Source: Candidatus Omnitrophota bacterium (GTDB lineage: Bacteria > Omnitrophota > Omnitrophia > Omnitrophales > JACROU01). Taken from it: a DNA stretch of 64,000 nucleotides. The stretch lies in contig JACROU010000045.1 in the NCBI GenBank assembly GCA_016214265.1, positions 1,072 through 65,071 on the forward strand. Reading direction: 5' to 3'. The notes under the pieces are model-generated. The model saw only the letters and a list, made by a program, of their open reading frames with translations, did no database searches and was not told the origin of the DNA. Position numbers and translations under genes: made by a program. Shown here piece after piece: positions 20,036-32,000 of this stretch. The stretch's first letter is position 1. Each line of letters opens with the position of its first letter.

Positions 20036-21318
20036 AAACTTCCTCCTTTGTCCACGTCGATCACTTTGGATGTAAAATTTCCTTTTCCGAGCTGAGTCAC
20101 CACGACCTCGCCGGTCTTAAGTTCTTTGGCATCGCGCACAACCTGTTTATTTTCCCGTGCCGTGATACTGTAGCCGCGCGTTAAAATGGCAAGCGGGCTG
20201 AGCGCTTCGATCTGAGCGACGATGTGGCTGAAATCCGCTTTCTTCGCGCTCATCAAACTTTTTAGATAATTTCCCAACTGGCGATTCAGGCTTTCGAGTT
20301 TCTGTCTTCCATCCTGAATCAGCCGCCCCGGATAATTCACAATTACGCGCGTTAAATCGTCGAGCCGCTGGCGGGACTGCTCGATCAAGCGTCCCGGCTG
20401 TGTCAGCGCGTAACTTTCTTTCAAATTCAACACTTGTTCTCTTCGATCCGCGACAAAATTGGTTACCGCAAGCGTCATCCGCTGACGGCTCTCGCGCATG
20501 CGCTCCAAAATCTCGGCACGGCTCGGCACCGCAAATTCCGCCGCCTGAGACGGAGTCGCAGCCCGGCGGTCCGCCACCAAATCGCTCACGGTCACATCGA
20601 TTTCGTGACCCACCGCGGAAATAATCGGAATGTGCGAATTGAAAATCGCACGCACCACAATTTCTTCGTTGAACGCCCACAAATCTTCCAGACTGCCGCC
20701 GCCACGGCCGACGATCAGCACATCGCAGAGGGCGAGCCGGTTCATATCGTCGATCGCCTTCGCGATTTCCTGAGCGGCTCCCTCGCCCTGAACTTTTACG
20801 GGATAGAGCAAAATCGGCAAATTTGGGAATCGGCGATTCGAAATATTCAAAATATCCCGTATCACGGCTCCTGTCGGCGAGGTGATGACGCCGAGCCGCT
20901 CCGGCATAAATGGCAGCGGCTTTTTGTGCGCAGGATCAAACAATCCCTCTTTGCGAAGTTTGTCGGTCAATTGCCGTAGCGCAAGCTCGAGTGCACCAAT
21001 ACCCTTCGGCTCAATTCTTTCGACCACAATTTGATATTGGCCGCGCTTGTCATAAACCGTAATTTTGCCAAGCACTAAAACTTTGAGACCATCCTTCATG
21101 TCGAAGCGAACACTTTGATTGACATTCCGGAACACAACCGCCTGAATTTGCGCATTCTCATCCTTCAAGCTCAAATACCAGTGGCCAGACATGTGCTTCA
21201 CCAGGTTGGAAACCTCACCCTCAATCCACACACCCGAGAAATTCATCTCGAGCGTCATGCGAATATCTTTGGTGAGTTCCTGAACCGTAAAAACTTTTTT
21301 CTGCGTCGCTTCGGTCAT
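20020..21318 (-). CDS. xseA: Exodeoxyribonuclease VII large subunit
   Basis: GEVSN..SGHWYLSLKD, GRGGGSLEDLWAFN, SAVGHE, AATPS. Confidence 0.96.
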   Translation of the reverse strand: MTEATQKKVFTVQELTKDIRMTLEMNFSGVWIEGEVSNLVKHMSGHWYLSLKDENAQIQAVVFRNVNQSVRFDMKDGLKVLVLGKITVYDKRGQYQIVVERIEPKGIGALELALRQLTDKLRKEGLFDPAHKKPLPFMPERLGVITSPTGAVIRDILNISNRRFPNLPILLYPVKVQGEGAAQEIAKAIDDMNRLALCDVLIVGRGGGSLEDLWAFNEEIVVRAIFNSHIPIISAVGHEIDVTVSDLVADRRAATPSQAAEFAVPSRAEILERMRESRQRMTLAVTNFVADRREQVLNLKESYALTQPGRLIEQSRQRLDDLTRVIVNYPGRLIQDGRQKLESLNRQLGNYLKSLMSAKKADFSHIVAQIEALSPLAILTRGYSITARENKQVVRDAKELKTGEVVVTQLGKGNFTSKVIDVDKGGSLWPKN

Positions 21319-21319
21319 T

Positions 21320-22114
21320 TTATACCCTGTTTAAATATTCATGTACACGTTCGATGTGAAGCGCTTTGCCCGTTTCCATGTCAACGTCCACAATCGCGCC
21401 GGAAAGCCGGACATCCTCGGTGGCCACATCGTATTTCGAGGGAAGTCCCGTCAAAAATTTATAAAGGACCGGCTCAATTTCTCGGCCGATTACTGAATGA
21501 TAAGGCCCCGTCATCCCAACATCCGTGATGTAGGCCGTTCCCTTTGGCAATATCCGCTCGTCCGAAGTTTGAATGTGGGTGTGCGTGCCGTACACACACG
21601 AAACTTTGCCGTCCAGAAACCATCCCATCGCCACTTTTTCGGAAGTAGCTTCAGCGTGCATGTCGACGAAAATAATCGGCGTTTTATCCTTTATCTCGGA
21701 AAGGATATTACGCACGGTTTGAAACGGACAGTCCATCGGCTCCATAAAAACCCGGCCGAGCAAATTGATAATTCCGATTTGAACGCCGTGGGATTTAATA
21801 ATGTTAAATCCTACCCCTGGTGTTCCCGCCGGATAATTAGCCGGACGAATCACGCGCGCATCTTTTTGAAGCACCTCGACACTTTCCTTTTTACGGAACG
21901 TGTGGTCGCCCAAGGTAATCACATCGGAGCTAGCCTTAAATAAATCTTTGATGGTATCGGGTGTGATACTCGATCCGCCCGCAATATTCTCCCCATTCGC
22001 AATTACGAACTGAATATCTTTATCGCGGCGAAGTTCGGGAATCAATTTCAGGCAGACTTCGCGCCCCGGTTTGCCGACTATATCACCAACGATTAATACG
22101 CGGAGAGTAGACAT
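21320..22114 (-). CDS. ymdB: YmdB/TIGR00282 metallophosphoesterase
   Basis: GDIVGKPG, NGEN, DMHAEATSEK, GTHTH, TDVGMTG. Confidence 0.92.
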   Translation of the reverse strand: MSTLRVLIVGDIVGKPGREVCLKLIPELRRDKDIQFVIANGENIAGGSSITPDTIKDLFKASSDVITLGDHTFRKKESVEVLQKDARVIRPANYPAGTPGVGFNIIKSHGVQIGIINLLGRVFMEPMDCPFQTVRNILSEIKDKTPIIFVDMHAEATSEKVAMGWFLDGKVSCVYGTHTHIQTSDERILPKGTAYITDVGMTGPYHSVIGREIEPVLYKFLTGLPSKYDVATEDVRLSGAIVDVDMETGKALHIERVHEYLNRV

Positions 22115-22122
22115 TTATTTCC

Positions 22123-22686
22123 TCAATTATGAACAACCAAATCCAGCTTCACATCATGCGGCTCAACGGGAATTTCCTCTGCCAGCTGAACGTCAAACGC
22201 CAGTCCCACCGTCGCTACTTTTGAATTTAATTTCGAAAGAAACTGATCGTAATAACCTTTTCCGCGCCCCAGCCTGAAATTTTTTTTGTCAAACGCCAGT
22301 CCGGGAACAATCACCATATCCAGATCATGAGGAGGAAATGGCGAACTCCATCCATCGGGTTCCATAATCCCGTACTTGCCCGGCTTCATCTTGCCCGGCG
22401 CAATCAATTCGGCAGAAATCATCTCACCGGTCTGTTCGAGAACAACCGGGAGCAAAACATGTTTTTTTTCCTGAAAGGCACTTTTGATAATGTGGCGCGT
22501 GTCAACCTCTTCATCCATCGCTACGTAAAGCATTACGGCTTTGGCTTTTCGATATGCCGGAAGGTCGAAAACGAGATCGGAAATGATCCTGCTTTTCTCA
22601 CGCCTTTCTTCCAACGATTGATGGCGCAAGCGCTTACGGTATTGATCTCTGAGTAACTGTTTATCCTTGAGGATTTGAGCTTTCAT
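22123..22686 (-). CDS. ygfA: 5-formyltetrahydrofolate cyclo-ligase
   Basis: YGIMEP, VPGLAFD..RLGRGKGYYD, EPHD; start moved to MKAQILK. Confidence 0.93.
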   Translation of the reverse strand: MKAQILKDKQLLRDQYRKRLRHQSLEERREKSRIISDLVFDLPAYRKAKAVMLYVAMDEEVDTRHIIKSAFQEKKHVLLPVVLEQTGEMISAELIAPGKMKPGKYGIMEPDGWSSPFPPHDLDMVIVPGLAFDKKNFRLGRGKGYYDQFLSKLNSKVATVGLAFDVQLAEEIPVEPHDVKLDLVVHN

Positions 22687-22743
22687 AAAAGAAAAGTATT
22701 TTATAGGAGAAAAGGGCCTCTTCCAAGCGGTAAAAGGTGCTCT

Positions 22744-22792
22744 GCCGGAGGTAGCCGCTACCTTGATTTTAAAGGTAGCGGCTACCTCCGGC
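22744..22792. repeat. 21-bp perfect inverted repeat, REP-like doublet
   Basis: GCCGGAGGTAGCCGCTACCTT-gatttta-AAGGTAGCGGCTACCTCCGGC; each arm contains its own GGTAG-N3-CTACC mini-hairpin. Confidence 0.8.
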
Positions 22793-22801
22793 GATCCAGC
22801 G

Positions 22802-23791
22802 CTAATCAACATCGATAAGAAGTGGGTCGATAGCCTTCATCAAGACCCAGCTGTCATTCACCTCTCCGAAATGATCCTTGGTGGTGTGATACACATCGGC
22901 ATGTACGTTAACACCGGGAACCAGGTTCAGATCTTGACTGTGAATTTTCACAATGCCATCCGAAAATTCAGATTGTTCGCGCGTGGCAATAATCGGGTCA
23001 CCGCTACCGATCACACAGTCATAAATAATCTGTCGATCCGGAAGCGGCCGCGCTTTAAAATTATTCAGTCCGGTAATTTCATCCCCCACATAACCGTTCG
23101 CATTCACATCCTTGCTTCGGAAATGATTCGGCGAATTATTTTCGTTGCCTCCGGAAAGGTAAATACTGCGCGGACGCAAATCCCGGACCGCGGCACTTTT
23201 AGTGTCAACATCCCAAACCAAATCGCGAATCACTTTTGGAATAATTACAAATTCTATTTTTTTGAGTTCAAAATTGCTACCTTGATGCGGTGTTCCTACT
23301 GAAATAAAACCGGCCGCATCATTTTGATAATACGGCGATTGAAGATATTCTCGCGCGGCCAGGCCGCCCATGCTGTGGCCCACTAAAATCACGTGATCGG
23401 TGGCATTGGCTTTTTTAACCGCGGCGACAACGGCTGCGAGTTCCTTACCCTGTTCAACGATCGGAATTTGAGTTCCCGAAAAAGTCATCGTGTAAATGTG
23501 TCCGGGCTTGATCCGTCGGGGATGAAGAATGGGATTGGCGGGATCACGCGAATCACGGCTCACCGTAATGATGCCCCGGTCTTTCCAGCCCAAACGCCGC
23601 AGCTCCTTAAACATCTGGCTTTTTTCCCAGAAGGTTCCGGTATATCCCAATCCTGGAATAAAAATAACGGGATACGATGGAAGCATATATCCTTGAGAGA
23701 TACCGTGCCGCACGTATTCCTTGTCCAGGGATGCGTTGCATCCGGAAAACATGAAACTGACTACAGCAATCAGAACAAAAAATTTCCTCAT
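22802..23791 (-). CDS. Lipoprotein alpha/beta hydrolase (lipase/esterase-like)
   Basis: Lipobox FSGC, IFIPGLG, GHSMGG nucleophile elbow, GTPHQGS, SDGIV. Confidence 0.85.
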   Translation of the reverse strand: MRKFFVLIAVVSFMFSGCNASLDKEYVRHGISQGYMLPSYPVIFIPGLGYTGTFWEKSQMFKELRRLGWKDRGIITVSRDSRDPANPILHPRRIKPGHIYTMTFSGTQIPIVEQGKELAAVVAAVKKANATDHVILVGHSMGGLAAREYLQSPYYQNDAAGFISVGTPHQGSNFELKKIEFVIIPKVIRDLVWDVDTKSAAVRDLRPRSIYLSGGNENNSPNHFRSKDVNANGYVGDEITGLNNFKARPLPDRQIIYDCVIGSGDPIIATREQSEFSDGIVKIHSQDLNLVPGVNVHADVYHTTKDHFGEVNDSWVLMKAIDPLLIDVD

Positions 23792-23821
23792 CGTATCGCC
23801 CCTATCTTTGTCATCAAAATA

Positions 23822-23898
23822 TGGTGCCCTCGGGCCGAGTCGAACGGCCGACATCCTCCTTAGGAGTGAGGTGCTCTATCCATCTGAGCTACGAGGGC
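23822..23898 (-). tRNA. tRNA-Arg (CCT)
   Basis: GCCCTCGTAGCTCAGATGGATAGAGCA..CT CCT AA..GTTCGACTC..CGAGGGCACCA; cloverleaf with encoded CCA and one A-G mismatch at the base of the anticodon stem. Confidence 0.93.
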
Positions 23899-23916
23899 AT
23901 AATAAAACACAAATGA

Positions 23917-24543
23917 TTAATTAGCTTTTTGAGTTTCGGGAAATTTTTCCATAATGGTATTAATTGATTTGGCTACTTTCTTTTCTTCGATCTGAATCAC
24001 TGGGGAATCCAGCTCAACATTTTTAATACCGGTAGCACGCCATACGGAAGTTTTTGTCTTACGATCATAAAAATCAAGAATAAACTTGCCTTCACTGTAG
24101 TACGAAGTATAAGCACGGTCATCCCAGACTGAAGCGGGAATACTTCTGACGTTGCCAAACTGATTTATTCTTACCCGGGCGCCAAAATATTCCTGTTTGT
24201 GTCCGAACCCCGCCTTCGACACGCTTTCCTTTTGCTCGATACTTCCCGTGTAAACCACTACTAAATCAGCTTCCTCAAATGGAACCTCACTATATCCCTT
24301 GGCAATTAAATCTTTATTAACCGCCTCTGTGATCACTCGATACATGCCCTCATGCGGCTGCTTTTTCAAATGCTTCATCCAGAGATCCTGAGGCAGCCAG
24401 GCAAACGTTTTGTACTGATTAAAATCTTTCTCCGTATCTTTATTGATAGACACTTCAAGATCGGCAAAGCTGATATCGGAAAAACCAGAAAAAATACACG
24501 CAACCAAAAAACCAATAATGATTTTTTTATACATAATTTTCAT
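23917..24543 (-). CDS. DUF4136-family exported protein
   Basis: Signal peptide; DFNQYKTFAW, L.AKGY..ADLVV, YSEG..ILDFYD..VWRA, FP at the C-terminus. Confidence 0.75.
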   Translation of the reverse strand: MKIMYKKIIIGFLVACIFSGFSDISFADLEVSINKDTEKDFNQYKTFAWLPQDLWMKHLKKQPHEGMYRVITEAVNKDLIAKGYSEVPFEEADLVVVYTGSIEQKESVSKAGFGHKQEYFGARVRINQFGNVRSIPASVWDDRAYTSYYSEGKFILDFYDRKTKTSVWRATGIKNVELDSPVIQIEEKKVAKSINTIMEKFPETQKAN

Positions 24544-25450
24544 TGCCTTTTTTTAAAAACAACATTGGACTAAATCGTGACAATAACCACGCCGCTAAAA
24601 AGGTGATGACAACACCAACGAATCCTGCCAACGCTCCGGAAAGAAGCTCATTCTGTATTAATGGAATTGCGTATCCAGTAAAAGGACTCAAAAAGGCGGG
24701 CGCGGAGGCGGGAATGAATTGATATTTCTCAGCAACCCACATTAAACCGTCAGGAAAGCGGGAGGCAAAAGGACTTAACATCCCCCCGATCACGATAGCA
24801 CTCAGAAATGGACTGCTAACTATCCCTATTGAAGATCTTTTCGCCGCGTTTACGGAAAAAAGATGATAGGCCAGAATAGTCATTAATCCTTCCCCAATTC
24901 CAATAACAGCATGGGTGCTTATCATCGCGCCCGCAATTTTAGAAAAAGGAATTGTTCCGGAAAATGCCAACTCCAAACTACAAGCAAACGCCGCCAGCAT
25001 TACAGAAAACCAAGCCGCTAAACCTATCATCATGGAATCAAACAACGATTGAGAAAATTTGGGGGGCAGCGCTTTATAGAGAAAGCCACCGAAGGCGGCG
25101 CCGATCAAAGCCATATTCAAAATGTTAGCGCCTAAAACTGAAAATCCACCATCGGAGAACACCAAACATTGAACCAGGAGCACCAGAGCCGCTGCCAAAA
25201 CACCGAAAGGAATGCCAAGCAAAGCAGTCGCAAGCACGCCTCCAAGAAAATGTCCGGAAGTACCGTTCTGAACAGGAAAATTCATCATTTGAGCGGCAAA
25301 AATAAAAGCGGAAACCGACGCAAAGCGAAGCACACTGGGTTTGTCTTTAAATTTCATTGCCGCCAGCGTTAGCCCTCCAACACCTAGCACACTCACAGCA
25401 GCCGTAACGGGACAAATTGCCCCTCCCATCATAGAATTAGGAATATGCAT
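24527..25450 (-). CDS. CbiM/NikM-type ECF cobalt/nickel S component fused to a PDGLE (NikN-like) domain
   Basis: N-terminal MHIP, GTSGHFLGG, DGG..LGAN, H..IGIGEG, C-terminal AS.FPDGL. Confidence 0.88.
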   Translation of the reverse strand: MHIPNSMMGGAICPVTAAVSVLGVGGLTLAAMKFKDKPSVLRFASVSAFIFAAQMMNFPVQNGTSGHFLGGVLATALLGIPFGVLAAALVLLVQCLVFSDGGFSVLGANILNMALIGAAFGGFLYKALPPKFSQSLFDSMMIGLAAWFSVMLAAFACSLELAFSGTIPFSKIAGAMISTHAVIGIGEGLMTILAYHLFSVNAAKRSSIGIVSSPFLSAIVIGGMLSPFASRFPDGLMWVAEKYQFIPASAPAFLSPFTGYAIPLIQNELLSGALAGFVGVVITFLAAWLLSRFSPMLFLKKGNENYV

Positions 25451-25515
25451 AATTGTTTCTCCTATTTTGGATACGTCTATAATCAGCTTGAACTAAATGA
25501 CGAATTAAAGGAACG

Positions 25516-25950
25516 TCATTCAATAGGATTACCTGCAGCATTATTAAAACGAACAACCCCTGTTTCATCAACAAAAAAAGTATTCACTCCTGTAACGTTC
25601 GCGGTGACTGGAGCTGCCGTGCATGTAAATTGATTCGCATTCACTAAGGTATAAGTAAATGTATACCCCTGTTTCGTTCCGCCAGCCAAAACCGCATCGA
25701 TATAAGGCGGAGTTGCAGCTGAAAGCGCGACCAAATTCGCCGGATAAGTCGGCGGATTCTGCGTCATTCGAAAACTTTCACAACCCGTACTAATCGTTCG
25801 AAGAGAAGATTTCGCAGTTGATTCGTTCGCCCCCACTCTGGCCCGCAGCAAAACAGGAAACGAAATTGCCACCAGCAGCCCCAGAACACCGGCAACAATC
25901 ATGATTTCAACGAGTGTAAATCCTTTTTTCGAAACTAATTGAGATATCAT
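25516..25950 (-). CDS. Type IV prepilin-like protein
   Basis: KKG|FTLVEIMIV cleavage/methylation motif followed by a hydrophobic helix and ANE..A..SLR. Confidence 0.88.
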   Translation of the reverse strand: MISQLVSKKGFTLVEIMIVAGVLGLLVAISFPVLLRARVGANESTAKSSLRTISTGCESFRMTQNPPTYPANLVALSAATPPYIDAVLAGGTKQGYTFTYTLVNANQFTCTAAPVTANVTGVNTFFVDETGVVRFNNAAGNPIE

Positions 25951-26035
25951 TATAGTCTCCCCACCGGGGGGTCTCCCACCGATATAAATATTATCATTAA
26001 GAGGGCCAAACGGTTGGAAATAGATGGTAGCGGAG

Positions 26036-26063
26036 GTAGGGGCATAGCTACGCTATGCCCCTA
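26036..26063. repeat. GTAG-type REP-like palindrome
   Basis: G-TAGGGGCATAGC-tac-GCTATGCCCCTA, a 12-bp perfect stem just after the GH94 stop. Confidence 0.7.
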
Positions 26064-26070
26064 AAAAATA

Positions 26071-29000
26071 TTATTCTGATTCCTCGGCGGATCTGAATGT
26101 TTTTACTGCAGTATCTGCTTCTGGTGCTGAAATAGTGACCCGGCCTTTTGAAAACGAATTAGCACGAAGTGAATTTGCAATATTTTTTCGAAGTGAAGCA
26201 TCGTGCTTCTTGAGTGGACTTTGAGTCACATCCCGGAATACCCGGTTGATAATTAAGCCGCCGCGCGGCTCGTCAAGATCGGCCGGCAGGACAAGTTCAT
26301 TTTGTTCCAACGTCGCTCCGACCACGCCTTCGAACGCCTGACGCAGCATCCAGCCGGCAGCTCCGGTATAGCCGTGCCAGATCATGCGTCCCTGATCAAA
26401 GTTGGTCAGAATGTCCGCAGATTGTTTGTTCGGCTGTCCGCCATAAATTTCAATCTCCTGTGGAACCACGTGAGAAATCGGCGAGATTTTCAACCAAAGC
26501 CGGTAGGCAATCTCGCGATACTCTTTAGCTTTCGCCTCGTTACCCTGACTTTGGAATTGTTCGGACAGAATGCGTGCCGCACGAACCAGCCACTGAACGC
26601 CGTGGCAATACATTCCGTTTTCACGAACGCCTTCCGGATATTTACTGCTTCTGCCTAGATAAGGCTTTGTGTCTTCCCGAAGCGCCGGCCATCCGAGCAA
26701 AATAGCATTTTCTTTTTCGAGCACGGAGAGCGCGGTATTAAAAACGGTGAGCGCACGCTCTTGATTGATGCCTGCCATCACGGCCCATGCCGCTGTGAGG
26801 GCGTCAATTTCCCAAACACCGCTTCCCTTAATACCGATTTCGGTACCATCATCGTGAAAAGCGCGCAAATACCGGTCTTCCCTCCACGTTTTTTCAAGCG
26901 CCTCGCCGAGAGCCGTCATTTTCTTTTGATAATGCTCTTTGCGTTTCGCGCCGTCTTTTTTTTCGATAATATCGAGCATATTTTTCAGGATGTAGTACAC
27001 GAAAAATCCCAGCCAAATACTTTCTCCTTTGCCTTCACTGCCGATCTCATCCAATCCATCATTCCAGTCGCCGGTTTGAATCAGCGGAAGACCATTTTTC
27101 CCCGTGCGTTTTTCGAGCACAAGATCCAATGACCGCAAACAGTGGCGATACACAGAATCGGACCGGGTTGACCGGTGATAAATATGTCCCCAGCCGCCCT
27201 TGTTTTTGGGCAGTGGTGCATAAGGAAATTCCGCAGAAACGTAAGACGTCACTTCATCGAGAATGGAATGATCTCCAGTGGCCCGAACATACTCGACCGC
27301 GCCCCAAGCCAGCCAAACAGGATTGTCTGAGGCTTGCGACCGGCAGGAAAACGCCGTACGTCCATCGGTGAGCGTGAAAAACCAGTGATACACATCCCCC
27401 TCGTAAAACTGATGGGAAGCATGAAGAATAATCTGTTTTCGGGCCAGCGCCGGATCCACCCAAATTAAATTCACGGTATCCTGCAACTGATCGCGGAAAC
27501 CATACGCTCCGCTAGTTTGATAGAAACCACGGCGCGCCCAAACACGTTCTGCGATAGCCTGATATTTGAGCCAGTTTTGCAAATGATCAAATTCCGGATT
27601 GTTGGTGTTAATTTCAGCCGTTTTAATGAGGCTGAGCCACCAATTACGCGTCTCTTCAAGACTATTTTGAACATTCTGAATATTTTTGTACTTCTGAACA
27701 ATCTGACGCGCTTCTTTCTTGTCATCAGCCTGTCCCAAAATCACGGAGATCGTGCATTCCCCATGAGCGGGAATTTCCACGCTTCCCAGAAAACCGGCGA
27801 TCTGTCGGATGTCAGTATACTGCGCAATATCCGGCCGGCCTTCTTCGACAAAAAATGGACGCGTAACGCCACGGCCGGAACCAAAAAACCGCCCGCGTAA
27901 AGTTTCCACGCATTTCGCCGGAATCGACATGGAGGCAAACGCCCAGCCGGAGCGGAAAATATTGCGCGGATTTTCAAAATAAAGCGCTCCCGAAATTTTG
28001 TCATGTTCCACCGGCAAATTCCCTGCTCGTTCCGGCTGGAAGGATAGCACCATCTGAAAATAAGGGGCCACGCGCATCCGCCTCGATTTATCCGAAGTGT
28101 TTTTTACGGTTAACAAATACACTCCTGTTGGTTCCGTAGGAGGAACAAACACGGTCAACTCCGTCGAAAGCGAACCATCGGTCATACGGAAAACGGCCGT
28201 TCCATCAACACCGAATTCGGATTCGTGCTTCGCGGTTGTTTTGTTCAGCGGATGATACGTAGGCGAAAACCATTCATTGCTGTCCGGATCGTAAAGATAA
28301 ATAGCTTCCGCTGGAATTTCTTTCGTCACTGTATCCGGCCAATCAGGTGTCAGTCGATTCTGCTGTGAGTTGCCGTTACACGAAGTGTGCAATCCGCGGT
28401 TCGTCACCATCACCGAATGAATTTCATTCGACATCGCGTGATCATACGGTCGCGGCGTAAACGGTGTATGCACCAGCAGTTTTCTTCCCTGGTCGATGTA
28501 TTCGGAATAAGGTTGCGGGGTTCCGGGCGGAATTTCACCGTGACCGATCAGCGGGAATTTCTTTTTCACCGGGGCACCAGACAGAGTTCTATCCACATGG
28601 GGCTTCAAATGTTTCTGAATCAAATCAAGAGCGGCTTCTTTATTTTTCGCATAGCCGACCATCAACCGGACGGACTTGGAAGCTCTTGCCTCTACGGTCA
28701 CGCCCAGCATCAAACTGCCAATCGGGTCAAATGTCGGATACGGAGCGGTATCGCGAGATTCCAAAAAGTCGAAGGTCTCGAAAATTCTTGGTTCCCAAAT
28801 ACTGCGGGCACGGCCAATAAAATCCATGCGGGAAGTGAGAAAACCTTCCGGAGCAATATCCGCCGCCAAAATACCGATAGATTTCGTCCCCTTTTGCCAC
28901 GCCAGGACGGCATTGGCTTTACTGACATATTCCATTTCGGGGAACAGCCGGGAGTACTGCGTGTGGAAACGGTCATGAATGCCACCTTGCAACACCCACT

Positions 29001-32000
29001 CCAGATAAGGAACAACTTTTAACTGACGGTTCTGATCGGTTAAGTTTTCCACCGTGACATTCCACAATTCCGCAGTGGTTTCCAAATCGGGCAATCGGAT
29101 TTCAATTGTTGTCCGAATTCCGTTAGCAATGTTGACTACCTTCAACATACTATCCGTTTTTTCAAAATGAGAGGTTTCGAATTTTTCTTGCGGAAAATTA
29201 CCGATAATCGGCCAAGAATGTTTGTTTCCGGAATCAGACTGGGACGGATCCACGAGAAACAGAATTCTCCCGCACGGATCGATAATGTCGTAAGTGCGGC
29301 GCGTAATATCACATTCTTTTCCGAGAAGTTCGCTGTAAATCTCACCGTTTTCTTTCAGTGCAACTTTGTATTCCCTATTTTCCAATTCATAACTGGCGAT
29401 GCGGCGCTGGCGCGAACGATGACCGAGCGCACGAATCAGACACGCCACTCCCGTACACACCAATACGCAGGCGGCGATAAACAAGGCCATTTCGTACCAA
29501 GTTAGCGACTGCAAAAATGCCAGAAAACCTTTTCCCCGGTTCGCATTTTGAATAGCTTCGGAAGTGCTCCAGGCATAATCCCAGGCTTCACCGCGAGGAA
29601 GATAAAACGGAATCAACAGCGGACCCCATGTGGTGAAACGTTTCACTGCTTCGGGAATATAACGCTGTGCTGCGGCAGGTCCGATGAATTTTGCAATGCG
29701 TTCGTCGAGCTTGTCCATTCCGAGAAAGCTCAAATTCACCAGTGTGGCGACTCTCAGCCCCATGTGATCCATCCAAATCAGGATGCGGAAGAAATCAAAC
29801 GCCAGCACGTAAATAAACATCTGAAGACTCCAAGCCTGGAAAGTGCTTGGTGACATCGTCAAATTGTTGTAGGTCGCGAATAGGGTACGAATTGCGCCGT
29901 CTTGGTTGTACCACGTCGGATTCGGCATCATGCGCAGGAATGTAAAAATGATCGGCGCCATCCACAATCCCCACCGTAGAACGTAAATCATATGCTCGAC
30001 CAGCGTGGCAAATCCCGCCTTCGAGAAGAAAAACTTGATCGGCGCTTTGTCCTTCTCAAAGTACGCCTGCATAAACACTTTGTTGATCGCGAAGAGCCAC
30101 GCCGCGATCGACCAATTGATCACGCCCGCCAAGGATTCGGTGAACAGCAATTTGACGCCACCCGTGTATCCGCCCAAATCGATACGGCCCCATTTGTTGA
30201 TCAGCGGATAGGTGATGTAATCCACGCGCGGAATTCCAGCACTAAGATAAAGTTTGAATTTTTCGATAATGACTGGAACCTGCAGAGCGTCCAGATAAAA
30301 TGCCGCCGCGCTGCCGATAAATGCTCCAAGAAGCGAGTCAACAAAATACAGTCTCCAGGTCTGTATCCGTCCTTGGCCTTTCATTGCATACAAAATATCG
30401 CGCAAAACACTCACCCCGCCGGAAGCCAGAAAACCGATCAGAAGTCCGAAAGCAATTCGGGCTGACATTTCCACGCGGAACATGCCATTCGTTACCATGT
30501 ACGCAAAACCGAATCCCACCACCGCGCCCCGTAAATACAAAATCGCGTTACGGTAGCTATATGCCGCGCGGTCAAAAAACCGGATACTGCCATCAAACGT
30601 TTCGATAATAGTAGTAATTAATGGAAAGACCAGCGCGCCGGAAATGATGCCGATCAGAATCGGCATCGCGGCCATAATCTTCTGCACTGCCGTAGAACCG
30701 AGAAGCATGGACAACACATACAGAATGGCAACTAAAATACCGCTGTATGCCATACCCTTTCGCATGCCGGTGTTGACATGATTAAAAATACTCGTGTCAG
30801 TCGGGGCAATCCGTTTGCCGCCATCCAAAGCAATTCCGGTGATAAGATAAACTTCTCCCCACAATCCCGCGTAAGAAAGCATTGTGGTGATCACAGCAAC
30901 CAAGCCCTTCAGCAGCACTGGCAGTGACGCAACCACGGCCACGGACCCCAAATCCGCAATTTGCGGAGCAATCACCACACCCAACGAAACGAGGAAAATA
31001 TAGAAATGCGCCTTGCCGGAATTTAGCCACTTCCCTTTTGTAACTAAACTAATACCATTCGTCACCGCTTCATTGAAGACAAACGCAACAAGAAGCCGGC
31101 CGGTCACCGCGAGGATCAGCGGCCAAGCGGCCAGGACGCCGCCGGTAATTCCGTTCAGGACGGTTTGAATCAACGTGATGTTTTCCACCAACAAGAGCCA
31201 GCTGAAAAGATACGGCGTGACAACGGTCACAACGGCAGTAACAATTCTTAATTGTTTTCCGGAAGAACCGATCGTGCTTGCGTTCAGAATGTGATAAACG
31301 AGGAAGGTAATCGTAGCGATGAGATTGTTCAGCATGAAAAGCTGATTCCAGCTGCCGGGAGCCGCCAAGAGCGCCACTTTGCTAGACGATGCGGCCAAAA
31401 GTCCGGTCGCCAAAAGATTCTGCAATAGTTCACCGGCCGACAAATTTCTACCGGCAAGCTTGAGCATCAAGAGCTCAGGAATCAAAACGCCCAACAAGGC
31501 CAATCCGAGGAAATTGAAATTAAAACCCGCATCCAAAGGACTGGTTGTGCCCAGGGCAAAAATATTCACGGCAGCACCGCCCATCAACACAGCAATGACA
31601 CCGAAAAAGAAATCCATTTTCAGCGCGGAACCATTTGCCCTAGCGCGCACAGCGATATTAAAGCGTTCCACGTTGCTCAATTTCAATTTATTGGAATCCC
31701 CGCGGCTCAACAAACCGCCAAACAGCGAGGCCAACAAGAAAAGAAGAAAACCGGCCAGAACGATTAGACCAATTTTTACAAACGTAAGATTTTTCTGCAG
31801 AAAACTGAGATGGTTAAATTCAACATCAAAATAGAACGTTCCACTCGCCGCCTTGACATCCTTCGCCGGCGCCGCAGCCGCAGTCTGATTGGGACCAACA
31901 GCCGTAGATAACTTGGAACTGCCCGCCATCGGGCTGACGACAAAAACCACCTCGGTAAGCTGTCCGATCGTGCCCCAGCTGATCGGTTCGCGCAATGAAT

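Noticed and set aside
22690-22800. Possible 6S RNA upstream of ygfA
   Set aside because: The gap is only ~115 nt and is mostly a perfect inverted repeat; no 6S-like rod with a central bubble is visible.
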